Part shown: piece after piece, positions 24,889-38,274 of the stretch
Layout: each line of letters begins with the position of its first letter
How positions within the stretch are numbered: position 1 is the stretch's first letter
Source: Octopus sinensis
Lineage: Eukaryota
NCBI RefSeq assembly: GCF_006345805.1
Contig: NC_043015.1
Span: forward strand, 7,316,001-7,380,000
Length of the DNA stretch: 64,000 nucleotides
Reading direction: 5' to 3'
Notes under the pieces: generated by a model
What the model was told of the DNA's origin: nothing
The model's input: the letters and a program-made list of their open reading frames with translations, nothing else
Databases searched by the model: none
Made by a program: the position numbers and the translations under genes

Positions 24889-25539
24889 TTAAAGCAAATT
24901 GCTTTTTTAAAGTAAACTGTCAAATTTTGTCCGAAAACTATGTATATGGCGGAACAATTAATAGGGGATAATTTATTCTGAGGGAGTCATCGTAATAGCC
25001 TTGATGATTCATCTCTACCACAAATAAAGTTATTCGTGTAGTATAAATTCCAAATTTGAGTCAACGGAAAGGAGCTCAAACTAGATGGAATCTGGAAGAG
25101 GTTTAAATACAAAAATCACCGATATACAAGAGGCTAAAAAATTGGCAGCGGAAGCGTACCCAGGTATGATAGCCTAGATGCGGCCTGGCGTCCTTTGTGT
25201 GTAAGAAGTTAATGGCAGAAACACATGCTTGTGGGAGGTTCCTTCTGTGATAACGTTCTACGGTTTCGTACTCTTGGAAGTTTCTTGCTATAAAGGATGT
25301 ATTCAATCACCCGCTGTTTTCTGGCATTTTAGAAATTTATACATACTTTTCTATTGTTTGGATGTACACAGAGTCAAAAAAAGAGAAAAGATACATATTG
25401 ATTTATTTCTTCCTTCAAACCTAATGACTTAGAAATTTGTTCATTTTTTTCTCTTATACTCGGTTCAAGTGATTTGTCGATTATATATGTGTGGGTACAT
25501 ACATACATACTTAGATATAGATATATATATAAACACACA

Positions 25540-25577
25540 CACACATATATATATATATATACATATATGTTCATATA

Positions 25578-25616
<39 letters not shown>

Positions 25617-25900
25617 GTCTATATATATACATATGTCTATATATATATACATATGTCTATATATATATACATATGTCTATATATATATACATATGTCTAT
25701 ATGTATATATACATATGTCTATATATATATATACATATGTCTATATATATATATACATATGTCTATATATATACATATATGTTCATATATGTCTATATAT
25801 ATATATATATATATAATATATATATATATATATACATATGTCTATATATATACATATGTCTATTATATATATACATATATATATATACACGCACACAGGT
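25540..25900. repeat. TA-derived minisatellite (ATACATATGTCTATATATAT units)
   Basis: Direct reading. Confidence 0.88.
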
Positions 25901-26627
25901 AAATATAGATAGAAGATAGATAATCAGTATGTGCGTATATATATATATATAATATATATATATATATATAGATAGAGAGAGAGAGAGAGAGAGAGATGTA
26001 TATATATATATATATATATATACATAGATGTGTGTATGTATGCGTGTATTCTGCATATGTATATAGATAAACACACACACACACACATACATACACACAA
26101 ACAAACAAACATATATCTGTTGTCTTATATCTTTTTTTTCCTTTCGTAATTCTAAGTTATACACATTAAACCTAAAATATGTTAAAAGACTGGGAGAAAA
26201 TTGAATGTTTTTCTCTACTAATCGAAAAATTTCTTTAAGTATTGTTTAACAAAGTGGCGCTTATATTACATAGACATCTTAACATTTATTTTCGTACTGC
26301 TTAAGATATGGCAGCGCCCCCATGTTGCCCGTATAATTTGTCATCAGCAGACATATTGTTGTCTTTAAACTTGTTTTATTACTGATTTTCTGTTTCATTT
26401 TATTGTTTTTGTTTCTAGTTTTTGTGTTTTTTTTACCATATTTTTTCTTTCTCATTTGCTGGTATTCTCTCTACTCCGGTCGTGTATATGCATAGATGCA
26501 TACAAAGACGCATATATGTGTGCGTGCGTTCGTGTTAGTGTATACACACATATATAAATATATGCATATATATGTGCATAGATATGTGTGTGTATATATA
26601 TATATATATGTATGTGTGTATATATAA

Positions 26628-26669
<42 letters not shown>

Positions 26670-26846
26670 GTGTATATATATGCATATACGTATATATATT
26701 CATATATACATATTCATATATATATATATGTATTTATATATATCCACACGTATATCATTGTATATAATATACACACACGCTAACACACACATGTTTATAC
26801 AGGCACATAAATGTTATGTATACAAATATATATCAGCACATGTATG

Positions 26847-26878
<32 letters not shown>

Positions 26879-27621
26879 CACGGACAAATGCACACACACA
26901 CATTCATACGCATATATGTGTGAAATCTTGTGAGTATGTGTATATATACGTATATGTATTATTCATATCCGTGTGTGTGTTTATGTACGGCAAGAGTTAG
27001 CGGTAATATAAACATAGCACGGCTCGTTTGGAGTATGTAGGCGTCTTGGAGAGATTAATTGTGTTTACAAGTGAAAGGCGGAGGTGAGCAGAATTGTTCT
27101 TTGAAGAAAGAATAGTCAGTCGCCTGTAGCATATGAAACCGCCAGCCAAATGGGGCAAGTAGTAGTAGTAATAGTAGTAGTAGTAGTAGTAATAGTAGTA
27201 GTAGGTATATGGTGGTGGTGGTGGTGGGGGCTAGCATTGGTTTATCTTTACCAGACCGATCATCAAGAAGACAGTGAGTCGAGGTGATGCTTTAAGCAAC
27301 CTATTCATATGAAGAAATAGAACTAAAAGATATGATGTAGCGAAATGATGTGCTGTTCGAGTCAAGGTTTCTTTTACTCAATGATTTCCACCCCCACCCC
27401 GCCGAACAAAAACCGTCTGGCTTTCAGTAAATATACTATTGTTATCATAGAAATTAATAAATTAAGTACTCAATAAAATGCTGATCACGATTCTTTTGGA
27501 CGTATATATTTATATAAAAATATGAATGTATATATGTAAGAATGTCTGCATATACACATGTATGCGGATACACACATACACACACACGCACACACACATA
27601 TATATATATATACATATATAG

Positions 27622-27785
27622 GACGGGCTTCTTTCCGTTTCTGTCTACCAAATCCACTCACAAGGTTTTGGTCGGCCCGAGGCTATAGTAGAAGACACTT
27701 GCCCAAGGTGCAACGCAGTGGGACTGAACCCAGAACCATGTGGTTGATATGCAAGCTACTTACTACACAGCCACTCCTACGCCTA
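27622..27785 (-). mobile_element. SINE family B, 5' half
   Basis: Reverse complement of the AGGCGTAGGAGTGGCTGTGT...CACCTTGGGCAAGTGTCTTCT head and CORE-like domain. Confidence 0.88.
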
Positions 27786-28002
27786 TACACACACACACAT
27801 ATATATATACATACATACTGTTTACTAGTTTCAGCTCGCCAGCTGTGGCCATGCTAGGGCACCACCGTTAAGATATATAATACACACACAAACACATATA
27901 TGTTTATTTATGTGCCTTGACATGTATATAAAGTGACTCTTCAAACTCAAATGGCAAGAGGCACAAACCTCTCCGTAACTGGTAGGATGAATACATCATG
28001 GT

Positions 28003-28650
28003 CAGTTAATTTTTACTCCAGCAGACGAGCTCTACACGGGGCTGCTGCTCGAAAAGATCATCAATCTCATAAGGTGCATGAGATTGAAGGCAGACTTCTA
28101 TGTCTTCACTATGCCAGCTTCTACCATCCTCGGAAGCCATCGCTTAAGATATAAAATCCGGGAGGTTCCCATCTAGAATCAAAGTCCTTGAAACCTTCAA
28201 GGGAATTCAAGGGAATTATACCGAAACTGAGATTCAGTTAGTCATACAGTTTTTGTTAGCGCATGCGCTCTTCTGATTTACATCTGCTAAAATATTCGAA
28301 TAAGGTTTAACTCCTATTTGAGAGAATAAAAACTATACAGAGCGGACACCTCCACGTATGATAGACTTTTAGAGTATAGATTCTTACAGAAATTGAGAAG
28401 AACTTCTCCACATTCATGCAATAGTATTAACAAGAAATCCAAACAGTTAGCCAACAGTCTTGGTATAACCGATGTGGTCGAAGCTTTAGCTAAGAGAAAT
28501 ACCTCTATCACCATCAAAGACCACAAACCAAACATTGCCTCTTTCAACCAATGCCACCTAATTAGCCCAGCAAAAAGTCGGAAATCTGGTTGGTTTGCAA
28601 ACATATACTGGGAAAGGTCAACGACGACATTAGGAAGGCATCGAATTTCT
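28003..28650 (+). pseudogene. Penelope-like retroelement ORF fossil (N-terminal region leading into the RT)
   Basis: Frameshifted motifs LLEKIINLIRCMRLKADFY, LYRADTSTYDRLLE, INKKSKQLANSLGITDVVEALAKRNTSITIKDHKPN...CHLISPAKS and EI.LVCKHILGKVNDDIRKAS. These match the recalled PLE pattern IKRMRWKA...AFITLKDHK.NF...CRLINPAKSEIG. Confidence 0.8.
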
Positions 28651-28704
28651 CCTGATGGTGTTGTACCAATAAAGTTATTTCATGGTGTAAAGCTAATCAG
28701 GTTA

Positions 28705-28938
28705 CAGGCAGGGCGAGCTGGCAGAAACGTTAGCACGCCGGGCGAAATGCTTAGCGGTATTTCGTCTGCATTACGTTGTGAGTTCAAATTCCACCGAGGT
28801 CGACTTTGCCTTTCATCCTTTCGGGGTCGATAAATTAAGTACCAGTTACGCGCTGGTGTCGATGTAATCGACTTAATACCTATGTCTGTCTTTGTTTGTC
28901 CCCTCTATGTTTAGCCCCTTGTGGGTAATAAAGAAATA
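28705..28938 (+). mobile_element. SINE family A
   Basis: Head-to-tail match. Confidence 0.9.
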
Positions 28939-30092
28939 GGTTACATGCAGGGCAAGGTTCACCCAATTTGATATAGTAGATTTTTATCCGTCTATATAGA
29001 AAGCGTTACTACTTAGGGTGCTTATGTTTGCTAGGAATTGTATTGAGATTAGCGAGTCGCCTATACAGCTAAGCTTTTATAGGTGGGAAACCAATAGTTA
29101 CTCTCTGTAACAAGTAACATACATACACACGCACACACATGCATACAGACAGATATATCTGTAAATGATGGAAGAAGGCATCACCAGAAAAAAGTAGGTG
29201 ACAGCAGAGGAGGGATAAGTCTTAACAAATTTTATATTAGTTTACATAACATGCGCTGGATCACCATGTTTACCGGGAGGCATTAAGCTATATAAGCAAA
29301 CATTATCTGTTGAACGTATGTGTCCACACATTTTAAAACCTATTTGATTGTCTATGACTACGTGTGTGTGTATGTGTGTGAGAGTAAGAGAGAGAGATGT
29401 ATATTTGCTTTACCCAGTTGTTTCCATACGTCTATACAAACATAAATCCGGAAAGCCTAAGCATATAAGAGACTTTTTATAGTCCCAAGATGGTTGGAGC
29501 ACAATAGTGCATTTGAGCAGAGATGTATATGTAATGCGTTATGCAAATTTATAGAAAAAAAGAGATGTTCTGGAGTGAACTATTGCTGAATTCTGAACTC
29601 TGGTTTTCGGGCTATAGATTTTCCGCTGTGCTTCTTAACTTGGATGAATCGGTCTTTGTTACAAAAGCATAAAAGTTTCTGATTTTCTTAGGAACAAACA
29701 AAGCAAACTCACTCACATTCCAAATCACGCGGATTAATGCTACAATGAAGATTTGTGAATTATTCCAAATATTCTCTATTATAGTTATTATGTACCTACG
29801 CCCTCAACCATATACATACACGTGGCATGGCCTCACATATATTGAAGAATACAGAATTAAGTGTATAAATATAGATTTTATAAACGAATCACTTCACTTA
29901 CGTTCTCTAATGCATTGATAATCTAAACCTTGCAGTAAGATTTCCCTCTCATTATTTGTGGCTTCTCAGTTAATCGGTCCTACATGTAGATGGTGGTTTG
30001 TGCTGTGCTTGTGTACAGAAGCATATATGTCCGTTTGTACCGTATGCCTGTTGCGTGCGTGTGTCTAAATTTATATTTATTTTATTAACAAT

Positions 30093-30268
30093 AGGCGTAG
30101 GAGTGGCTGTGTGGTAAGTAGCTTACTTACAAACTATATGGTTCCGGGTTCAGTCCCATTGCATGGCACCTTGGGTAAGATTCTTGTACTATAGCCTCGG
30201 GCCAACCAAAGCCTTGTGAGTGGATCTGGTTGACGGAAACTGAAAGAAGCCCGCCGTATATATATATA

Positions 30269-30339
<71 letters not shown>

Positions 30340-30560
30340 GTGTGTGTGTGTGTGTGTGTGTGTGTTTGTGTGTGTGTTCCCCCAACATCGCTTGACAACC
30401 GATGCTAGTGTGTTTACGTTCCCGTAACTTAGCGGTTCGGCAAAAGAGACATATATAATTCACACTAGGCTTACAAAGCATAAGTCCTGGGGTCGATGTG
30501 CTCGACTAAAGTCGGTGCTCCAGCATGGCTGCAGTCAAATGACTGAAGCAATTAAAAGAG
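30093..30560 (+). mobile_element. SINE family B (tRNA head + CORE-like domain, internal (TA)n(TG)n), full length
   Basis: AGGCGTAGGAGTGGCTGTGTGGTAAG, GGTTCAGTCCC, CACCTTGGGTAAGA, microsatellite, then the conserved 3' half ending GACTGAAGCAATTAAAAGAG. Confidence 0.92.
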
Positions 30561-31700
30561 TATGAGTACATTAATAACTTTTTTTTCAGAAGATTCGTGT
30601 GCGTTATCTCCTCTGCTTTGTCATTTAAGGGAATGCACATGTGTGAATAATACAACAACTAAACAAATTATAGAAGGACGAGTGCTTTCATCAACTTGTA
30701 TTTTCCTCTGTGCCGGTTGATATGTGTAGCTACACCAATCAACTGAAGGTCCGTAAATATAGTGAAATTCAAATATAATTATTATAATTTAAGCAATTAG
30801 GGTTACTACATTCCACTAATATTATTGCCGAGCATGGTTCTCCCGTACGTCCTATATATAATCAAATAGAATCTAAAATATCTTTTTATTTTTTTTTATT
30901 GATAACGACAAAACGCATAGTGAATTTGCTGTGAGGAGCGAATAATTCAGCGTTTCAGACAAAATACTTCTTCAGAGAGCAGTTGACGAGAGAGAAATTA
31001 ACAAGAGATAGCAGAATTTTACATCCTCTAAGTTAGAAAAAACTGGTTGCAACTGGGAGGCAACACAGGCCCACTGGAGCCTCATATGTGCACATGAATT
31101 CGTAGAAGGAAGAATAGGTTGAGAGAATTAAAAGGCAAGAGGGGAAACGGACGAAATCGATAATCAGATGAATAGAAAGCAATGAGGTGGGATGGGAAGT
31201 GAAGCATAAGTAAGGGCTTAATGAAAAAATGGTACAGATTTATAAGGAAAAACGTTCATTTAAATCTGTCATTGACAAGATAGAATTATAAATTAGAAAC
31301 GGTGTTCTCTCCGATTCCAATCGAGAAATGGGATCTATGGTGTGTAAAGATGTCGTACATTGGTAAATAAATGATGGAACGTTCTGTAATCTTGAAATAA
31401 ATGGCGATAGATTGCCCTGGCATACGTAGAAGACACTTCGAATGGGCCCCTGAATGCGACTGTCATATACACACATACACACTTACAGAGATACGCATGC
31501 ATACACGTAAATATACATATGTGGTTGTTAAGTTTACAATGTTGCCTATTCAGATATTCTTGAATAATTCACACTTTTCTGGAGTGTGTACGATAATTGC
31601 GAAAGTCCCCAAATCACCACTGCCCCACGTATGCATGTATGTATGTATGAAGTGTGAGTACGATGATACAAGTAATTTTATAAGAAACAATTTTTATAAT

Positions 31701-31933
31701 AAGGCGGCGAGCCGGCAGAAACGTTAGCATGCCGGACTAAATGCGTAGCCGTATTTCGTCTGCCGTTACGTCCTGAGTTCAAATTCCGCCGAGGTCGACT
31801 TTGCTTTTCATCCTTTCGGGGTCGATAAATTAAGTACCAGTTACGCACTGGGGTCATTGTAATCGACTTAATCCTTTTGTCTGTCCTTGTTCGTCCCCGC
31901 TATGTTTAGCCCCATGTGGGCAATAAAGAAATA
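31701..31933 (+). mobile_element. SINE family A
   Basis: Head-to-tail match. Confidence 0.92.
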
Positions 31934-32571
31934 ATATTATATTGTGAATGTCGCAACCATCAAGATTGTGTACTGATAATATAAATTGCTTTATGTTTAA
32001 AGAAAATTACAGAAACAAAACTCTTATCATGTTTGTCTCCAAGTCTTTCTTCGAATAAGAAATTAAATCTTTGAATCTGTTTTTAAATTCAAATTCTAAT
32101 TTTATGTCTGAATCTAGTATTGTGTTGGCAAGTGCTACAGAATACGCGCCTGCTTTTCCTGACTTAAAAATATGTTAAAGAGATTCTTGCAATTGATTCA
32201 AATATTCCGAATGTAAAACAAAACAGAAAAAAGTGGAGATAGAATGAGAAAGTGAATGAGAGAGAGGGAGAGAGAGAGAGAGAGAGAGAAAATCAAGAGA
32301 GAGAGAGAAAGAGAGTGATACGAAAGGAAGAAAAACGTTCAAATCTCCATTGAAGAACCGAAGAATAAGATATCTACAAAATGATTTTGCTTGAGGTTAA
32401 AGAACAAATAACACTTCTTGCATATGAAAAGATCCAACTAAAGATTGTCAGTCTTCAAAGTTTGAAAGGAAGTCAACAGCCTAATTTCAATAGACACCGT
32501 ATATGTTGTGGTATGTGTCTTTCATTTACTGATATGCATGTTGGTCTCATTCTTTGTATTTATATCTCTAG

Positions 32572-32808
32572 ATAAAAAAGAAAAGAAAACAAAACGCTTT
32601 TGTTTATGAAAACAGAGGTGGGATACGTTCTTGGAAAGAAAATAGAAATACGAAACATGAATGAAATACCCCTTGAAGAAGAAGAAGAAATAAAAAGAGA
32701 AATGTTTGTTGGAGGTGCATTCAATTTCGGAAGAAGAAAAATATTATTTGTTGCTTTCAAAGATAATGGAAAACTCATTACAAAAGAAAATATGTGTCTG
32801 TTACGAAT
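32572..32808 (+). CDS. Candidate exon; frame from ATG 32606: MKTEVGYVLGKKIEIRNMNEIPLEEEEEIKREMFVGGAFNFGRRKILFVAFKDNGKLITKENMCLLR
   Basis: Strong acceptor (tctttgtatttatatctctag|) and donor (GAAT|gtaagc); preceded by a 61-nt GT-AG intron-like segment (32511-32571). Confidence 0.3.
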
Positions 32809-34091
32809 GTAAGCTTACAAATCTCTATCACTCACAAAAATACTACTTGTTGTAATATATAACTGTACATTCGTGTGAGGACAGAAAAGTTGCCATTCTT
32901 TTTAATTACCTCTCAATAGAATGTTATTTAACGATTGCAAGACGAGACTGTTACAGTCAGTTGTCTCAGAGTATACAAGTTAATGGAAAATTAATATATT
33001 CTCTTGACTATTCTAACAAATTTTCTCTTGAAGATATTTAGTACTTTAGATGCTATGTGCCACACCGTTGAAGATGACGAAGATAACATCATGATGCTAA
33101 AGTATTCACCTAAGAATTAATCTTGATTAAAATCAGTTTTAAGCTATATTGGATTAAAGTGACTAATTATTTTCTGTCGATTTCTAAAACATACCCAACG
33201 CGTAAATTTATTAATCCTCTCAGCTTTGTTTGCAACATTTCCCTTTGTTATTCTTTGCATTAAATGCTATAAAGATTACAGATTTGAAACGATGTGCGAA
33301 GATATGAATAAAGATTACTGTCCAGAATTGTATAAATGTCAATAGTTCTTGTGTATTTAAATGCGATTTAAAAGCCAGTAATATAAAACACACACACACA
33401 CATTGATTAACATGCAGGAACACACAAATAAAATACAGACACATATATACATATATAGGTGGAATAGACATCAAAGTTGCACTGCCCCAAGCAGAAAGTT
33501 AAAGATGTTGAACTCTCTCTTTCTTTTCCTTGATGGTGCCTAAAGCAAAGACATCATTGGGAGAACTTATATATCAATAACCAGTACATCAGCTTCATGA
33601 AGGTTTCGACTCATAACATACAGGAATCATCTAAGTGGGTCAGGGAAAGTTGAATTAAATTTCGCCTACAGAATGTCTCCATCCTCAGCATCTTATCAAC
33701 CGAAGCCAACTTCATTCTGTCTCACTTGTTCTGTTTATATACCTACTGTATAGGTTAAATATATCATACTTTGATTCTGTGCTTACTGAGATCGTCGTTG
33801 ACAGACGCTGATACGAAATAAATAGTTACACACTTATAAAAGGAAGATTAATCGCTCCAGTTCGCCGAAGCTACTGGATTTGTTGAGTAAGAAAACAAAT
33901 TATTCACTTCTGTTGGATTGGTTAAGTGACGATATAAACACCGCCATTGAGAACCCATGAATGTTCGAAAATTGATGAAGACAGTTCGACGTTTTTTTTT
34001 ATCTAGGGAGAGAAATAGTTAAACGTTCCCTGTTTACACATGCATTGGTCACACAGACAGAGACACATAGACAAACACACGCAACAAACAC

Positions 34092-34132
<41 letters not shown>

Positions 34133-35160
34133 CGCAGGAGTGGCTTTGTGGTAAGTAGCTTGCTCACAGCCACATGGTTCCAGGTTCAGTCCCACTAATG
34201 ATGGTACGAGTATATATACAGACACCTTTTCTTAGTTTCTGCTCTCAAAGTTCAGCCATCAAAATTAACCAGCGAATAATTGAACATCACTAAGTAGTCT
34301 TTTAATGCCAGGGTCCACTACGTTCCCATGACTGTATCTAGAGACAGTGTTTAACGACAAACTATGACAAGTTTGATTCTTTCCTTTCTTCTCACTTCTA
34401 TATGATGGTTATGGAGAACTGTAGATTTATATTTTCTGTTTCAGTAACCCAGGAAAAAAAAGAATTAAAACGTGAATTTTGATTAGAGAAAAACAATCAA
34501 AAATTGCGCTTATAATTGGATAAATAAATAAAATGTCTATGTAGCTTATTAAAACATCTGCATTGTAGCAAAAACTAATATATTCAGTGAAATGTTTGTC
34601 AGTAGCTGCTTTTAATAGATATGTTTAAAACCAGTGTTAATGGATAAATTTCATCACTAACAGCTCTATTATGAACTCTTAAGTTCTAGCAAGTCTTAGA
34701 AATAAAATTAAAGTACACACAGTAGGAAGCACCAAGATTATGCTTCCCAACCGCAATAAAATATCAAGTATTGCTGTATGACGATTTGATTGAGAGGAAT
34801 TTCGAACTTCTGTATTTGTTGCAGTAACTCTGCGGGAATAAGTAACCTCCTTAAAATCACATGAAGCTAGTAAACTACATATGTGTATATATAAAAAAAA
34901 ATTTTTCTCAGACTCCAATTGTTCTTTCGGTTTAAAAACGGGGCGTACATACAAACAAGATTACATATATACAGACATACATACACACACACGTAAACTG
35001 ACATGAGTACCTAAATAAAATCATATATTACCTTCATATTTTTACATAGGATACGTAGCAATAGCCTATACTCACCCACATGCATATAGGTGTGAGTGTA
35101 GGCATACATATACCTATCAATCTCTCTCTACGCATATATAGGTGTGTATGTGTGTGTGTG

Positions 35161-35579
35161 TACTCTTTTACGTGTTTCAGTCATTTGACTGCGGCCATGC
35201 TGGAGCACCGCCTTTAGTCGAGCAAATCGACCCCAGGACTTATTCTTTGGAAGCCTAGTACTTATTCTATCGGTCTCTTTTGCCTATAATTCTATCGTCT
35301 CTTTTACGGGGACGTAAACACACCAGCATCGGTTATCAAGCGATGTTGGGTGGGGGGCAAACACACATACATATATACATATATACATATGGCACACAAA
35401 CACACATACATATATACATATATACGCCGGGTTTCTTTTTCAGTTTCCGTCTGACAAGGATTTGGTCGGCCCGAGGTCATAGTAGAAGACACTTGCCCAA
35501 GATGCCACGCAGTGGGACTGAACCCGGAACCATGTGGTTGGTAAGCAAGCTACTTACCACACAGCCACTCATGCGCCTG
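35161..35579 (-). mobile_element. SINE family B, near full length with internal deletion
   Basis: Reverse complement of the family B head, CORE-like domain and tail. Confidence 0.9.
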
Positions 35580-35593
35580 TGTGTGTCTGTGTG

Positions 35594-35644
<51 letters not shown>

Positions 35645-36729
35645 ATGTATATAGACACATACACGCCTACATATGTATGTATCTATATATCTACTTATCT
35701 CTCGCTCGCTCTCACCCTCTCTCTCTCTCTCACTCACTCTCCTCGTCTCTCTTTCTTTCTTTCTCATATTGAGTGTGCTTTGTCTCTCCATTATAAACAA
35801 CTAGCTGATAACCATAAAAATAAATGTTTGTGCGTGCGCGTGTGGGTGCAGAGCCGTTTCATTACTGCAAAGTAGAACGTTGCAGTCATCAACGATGTAC
35901 TAATTTCCCGGAGTGTAGCTATTTTCGATTAGCGAAACAAGTTATAACATGCAAATTATTGTGCTAAATAAAAATAATGAATAATGGATATTGTAAATGC
36001 TTTGAGTCATATTCAGAATAGTGGAAAAATTAATCATATTGCAGCATGACGCCTAATGTTCTTCCTATTACTGTTGATTCTCTTGCTATCCCTTCTGTTA
36101 ACATTAGTTTCAAAATATGGCACGGGGTCAGCAATTTTGGGGAGAGGTGAAGTCGATTACATCGGCTCTAGTGTTCAACTGGGATTTGTCCGATCGAGCC
36201 TGAAAGGAAGGAATGCTACTAGGCATTATGCGTAGCGGCATTTCGTCCGTCTTTATTCCCTGGGTACAAATTCCACCGAGGCCCTATCAGTATCGATAAA
36301 ATGAATACCGGTCCAGCACTGGGATCTACGTAAGTGACTCAGCCTCATACCCGACTACTACTACTACTACTATCAATAATAATAACGGTTTCACAGTTTG
36401 CACAAAGCGAGCATTTCGAGGAAGGGGTTAAGGCGATTGCATCAACCTCATTGTTCAACTGCTACAGACTTTAACACGTGATTGTGTTTTCACTTTGTGT
36501 GTGTGCGCGCGCGCGCGTGTCTCCATGCTCGACTCTCATGGCTTGACAACCGGAATTGTTTTTTATGCTGAAAAACCATAAATGTTTGAATGTTTAAGTT
36601 TGCACCCTCACCATCACTTGACGGCACCGTAACTTAGCGGTTCGGCTAAAGCAATAGACATACAAAGAAGTCCTGGGGTCGATTTGTTTGAGTAAAGGTA
36701 GTGCTTCAGTAAAGAAATATATATAAGTA

Positions 36730-37330
36730 TACGATGTCACAAAACGTAAACAATATGAAATACGAAGGCAAACATGGGTATGCGAACAAGAAGAACAATA
36801 AATGGAAAACATAACAAGTAATATAAAGAACGACTCTTCATCAGTTGTCAGTTGTTCATTTACCCCACATTTCTAGCAATTAACGACAATATGAGGCATC
36901 GAAAAATAGTTGTTCCCCCGAACCAATCTAAAATTTGGGATCTGCGGAGGGTGAAAGGTGGTAAAATAATAGGACAGTGGAAACATGCAACAAACCAAAC
37001 GTAAACAAACATGTCGGGCCCTCAGGCCAGACGATGTAAGGTAGAAAATTCTGGAGGAATATTTTTTGACAAAAAATAAAGATAGGAGAGGAGACAGGTA
37101 ATAATGCGTCTGGTCTGTGTGACAGACTGAAGGAAAAGAAATGTGATCACGCGAGGAAAAGAAAGATGGACGATGGTCACGTGTGAGCAACGGCAGAGAG
37201 CAAAGTAGAAAGAGGGCGAAAGAGAGAGAAAGATGTAGAGAGAAAGTGGTGAAGGGAAGAAAAATAATTAGAGAAAAAATGAGAGAACAAAAGAGAAGAG
37301 AGACGAGGGAAGAATTAGAGAAAAGAAGGT
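36730..37330 (+). mobile_element. Interspersed repeat family D, longest copy, ending in (GA)n
   Basis: Colinear with 9561-9960. Confidence 0.75.
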
Positions 37331-37345
37331 CGATAATACGAAATG

Positions 37346-37387
<42 letters not shown>

Positions 37388-38274
37388 GAGAACAATACAA
37401 GTTAGAGTCGCATCAAAATTATTAAGATAAATTTTCTTGGAAATAGATGCGTAGTGTTCAGTGATATAATAATATAAATTAAATACATATATACACACAC
37501 ACACACACACGTATTGACTGCACATGCAAAACGCACTAAGAGCGTGGAAGTTTCTGAAATACACAATTGCTTTTAGAAGAGACGGTTCTCCTTAGTAGAT
37601 ATATTGCGAAAACTGTTATTCATTTATTTATTTTATCTAGTAAATTTTCTACAACAAAAGTAATCAAGACATTCTCATTGCAGAATGGTTTCATAGTACT
37701 TGCGCAATTAATGCAATCGTCGTTATTGGAAATGATCACTAGTTCTATTAAATTTACAGCTAATCAGTCTGAAACAATTAACAATTTAAATTATTACATT
37801 ACCAAAGCTATTTACTCCATTTTAAGCAATTAATCCGAAAGCAAATCGGTCCTGAACTAAATATAAATTAAAGCTTGTCACTCAGAGCTCTTCGCTTCGT
37901 AATATAGTTGAATTTAGTTTGCGTATAATTATGTAGTATTTTACATCGGCGTCATTGACTCGAATTTTTATTGATATATTAGCTCACACGGGAATTGGAT
38001 ATTGTGTACCAAGAGCGTACGTTGAAAATTTCTGTAGATATTCTATTAGGGATTGTAATTCATCGTAAAAAGCTAAATGGTGTGGCTGGCTATTTTCAAT
38101 GCCTGTTGAGACTTGCGCAAACCACAAAGCATCCTGGTTCTGGACTAAATGCCATTCTACATTTTTTTTTTGTTTATGTACTAAGTACAAATTCAGAAAT
38201 TTTCTCTTCTCCCGAGGCCACGGTATGAAATCAAATCTCCGCATTTTTTTCTCTCTTTGCGCCATCAATTACAC

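Larger units (their letters stand above)
23640..24942 (+). mobile_element. Internally deleted Tc1/mariner transposon fossil (maT/DD37D-like)
   Basis: Left TIR TA-CAGTGTTCGGGCTAAATTTGACA; degenerate right TIR TGTCAAATTTTGTCCGAAAACTATG-TA (24918-24944). Transposase remnants SEYWKRVTGIMMIR...QCSVNTVKTVRR, HVFEHGLRLNSDSYMSLLE, YVWQQ..PCHTS and EKDTNRS...VAKIKEVFKDLPMDTVKNACAWFWSRLETVVEA. Confidence 0.85.

Noticed and set aside
25060-25210. Possible RTE-type LINE C-terminus (RW...LDAAWRPL)
   Set aside because: Too short and degenerate to support.
29692-29920. 76-codon open frame after a good acceptor (GTNKANSLTFQITRINAT...EEYRIKCINIDF)
   Set aside because: No convincing donor or phase-compatible partner; not distinguishable from chance.
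30941-30980. Minus-strand CTGAAGA...GAAAC hammerhead-like spacing
   Set aside because: Stem II only 2 bp, no NUH triplet pairing, no stem I.
33500-33720. Possible Tx1/L1-type C-terminal remnant (FC...LTHL..SC; FNFLLGAVQL) on the minus strand
   Set aside because: Only two loose motifs across frameshifts.
36057-36150. Signal-peptide-like MFFLLLLILLLSLLLTLVSKYG with a gtgaag donor
   Set aside because: Derived from a decayed trinucleotide repeat running into an antisense SINE tail.
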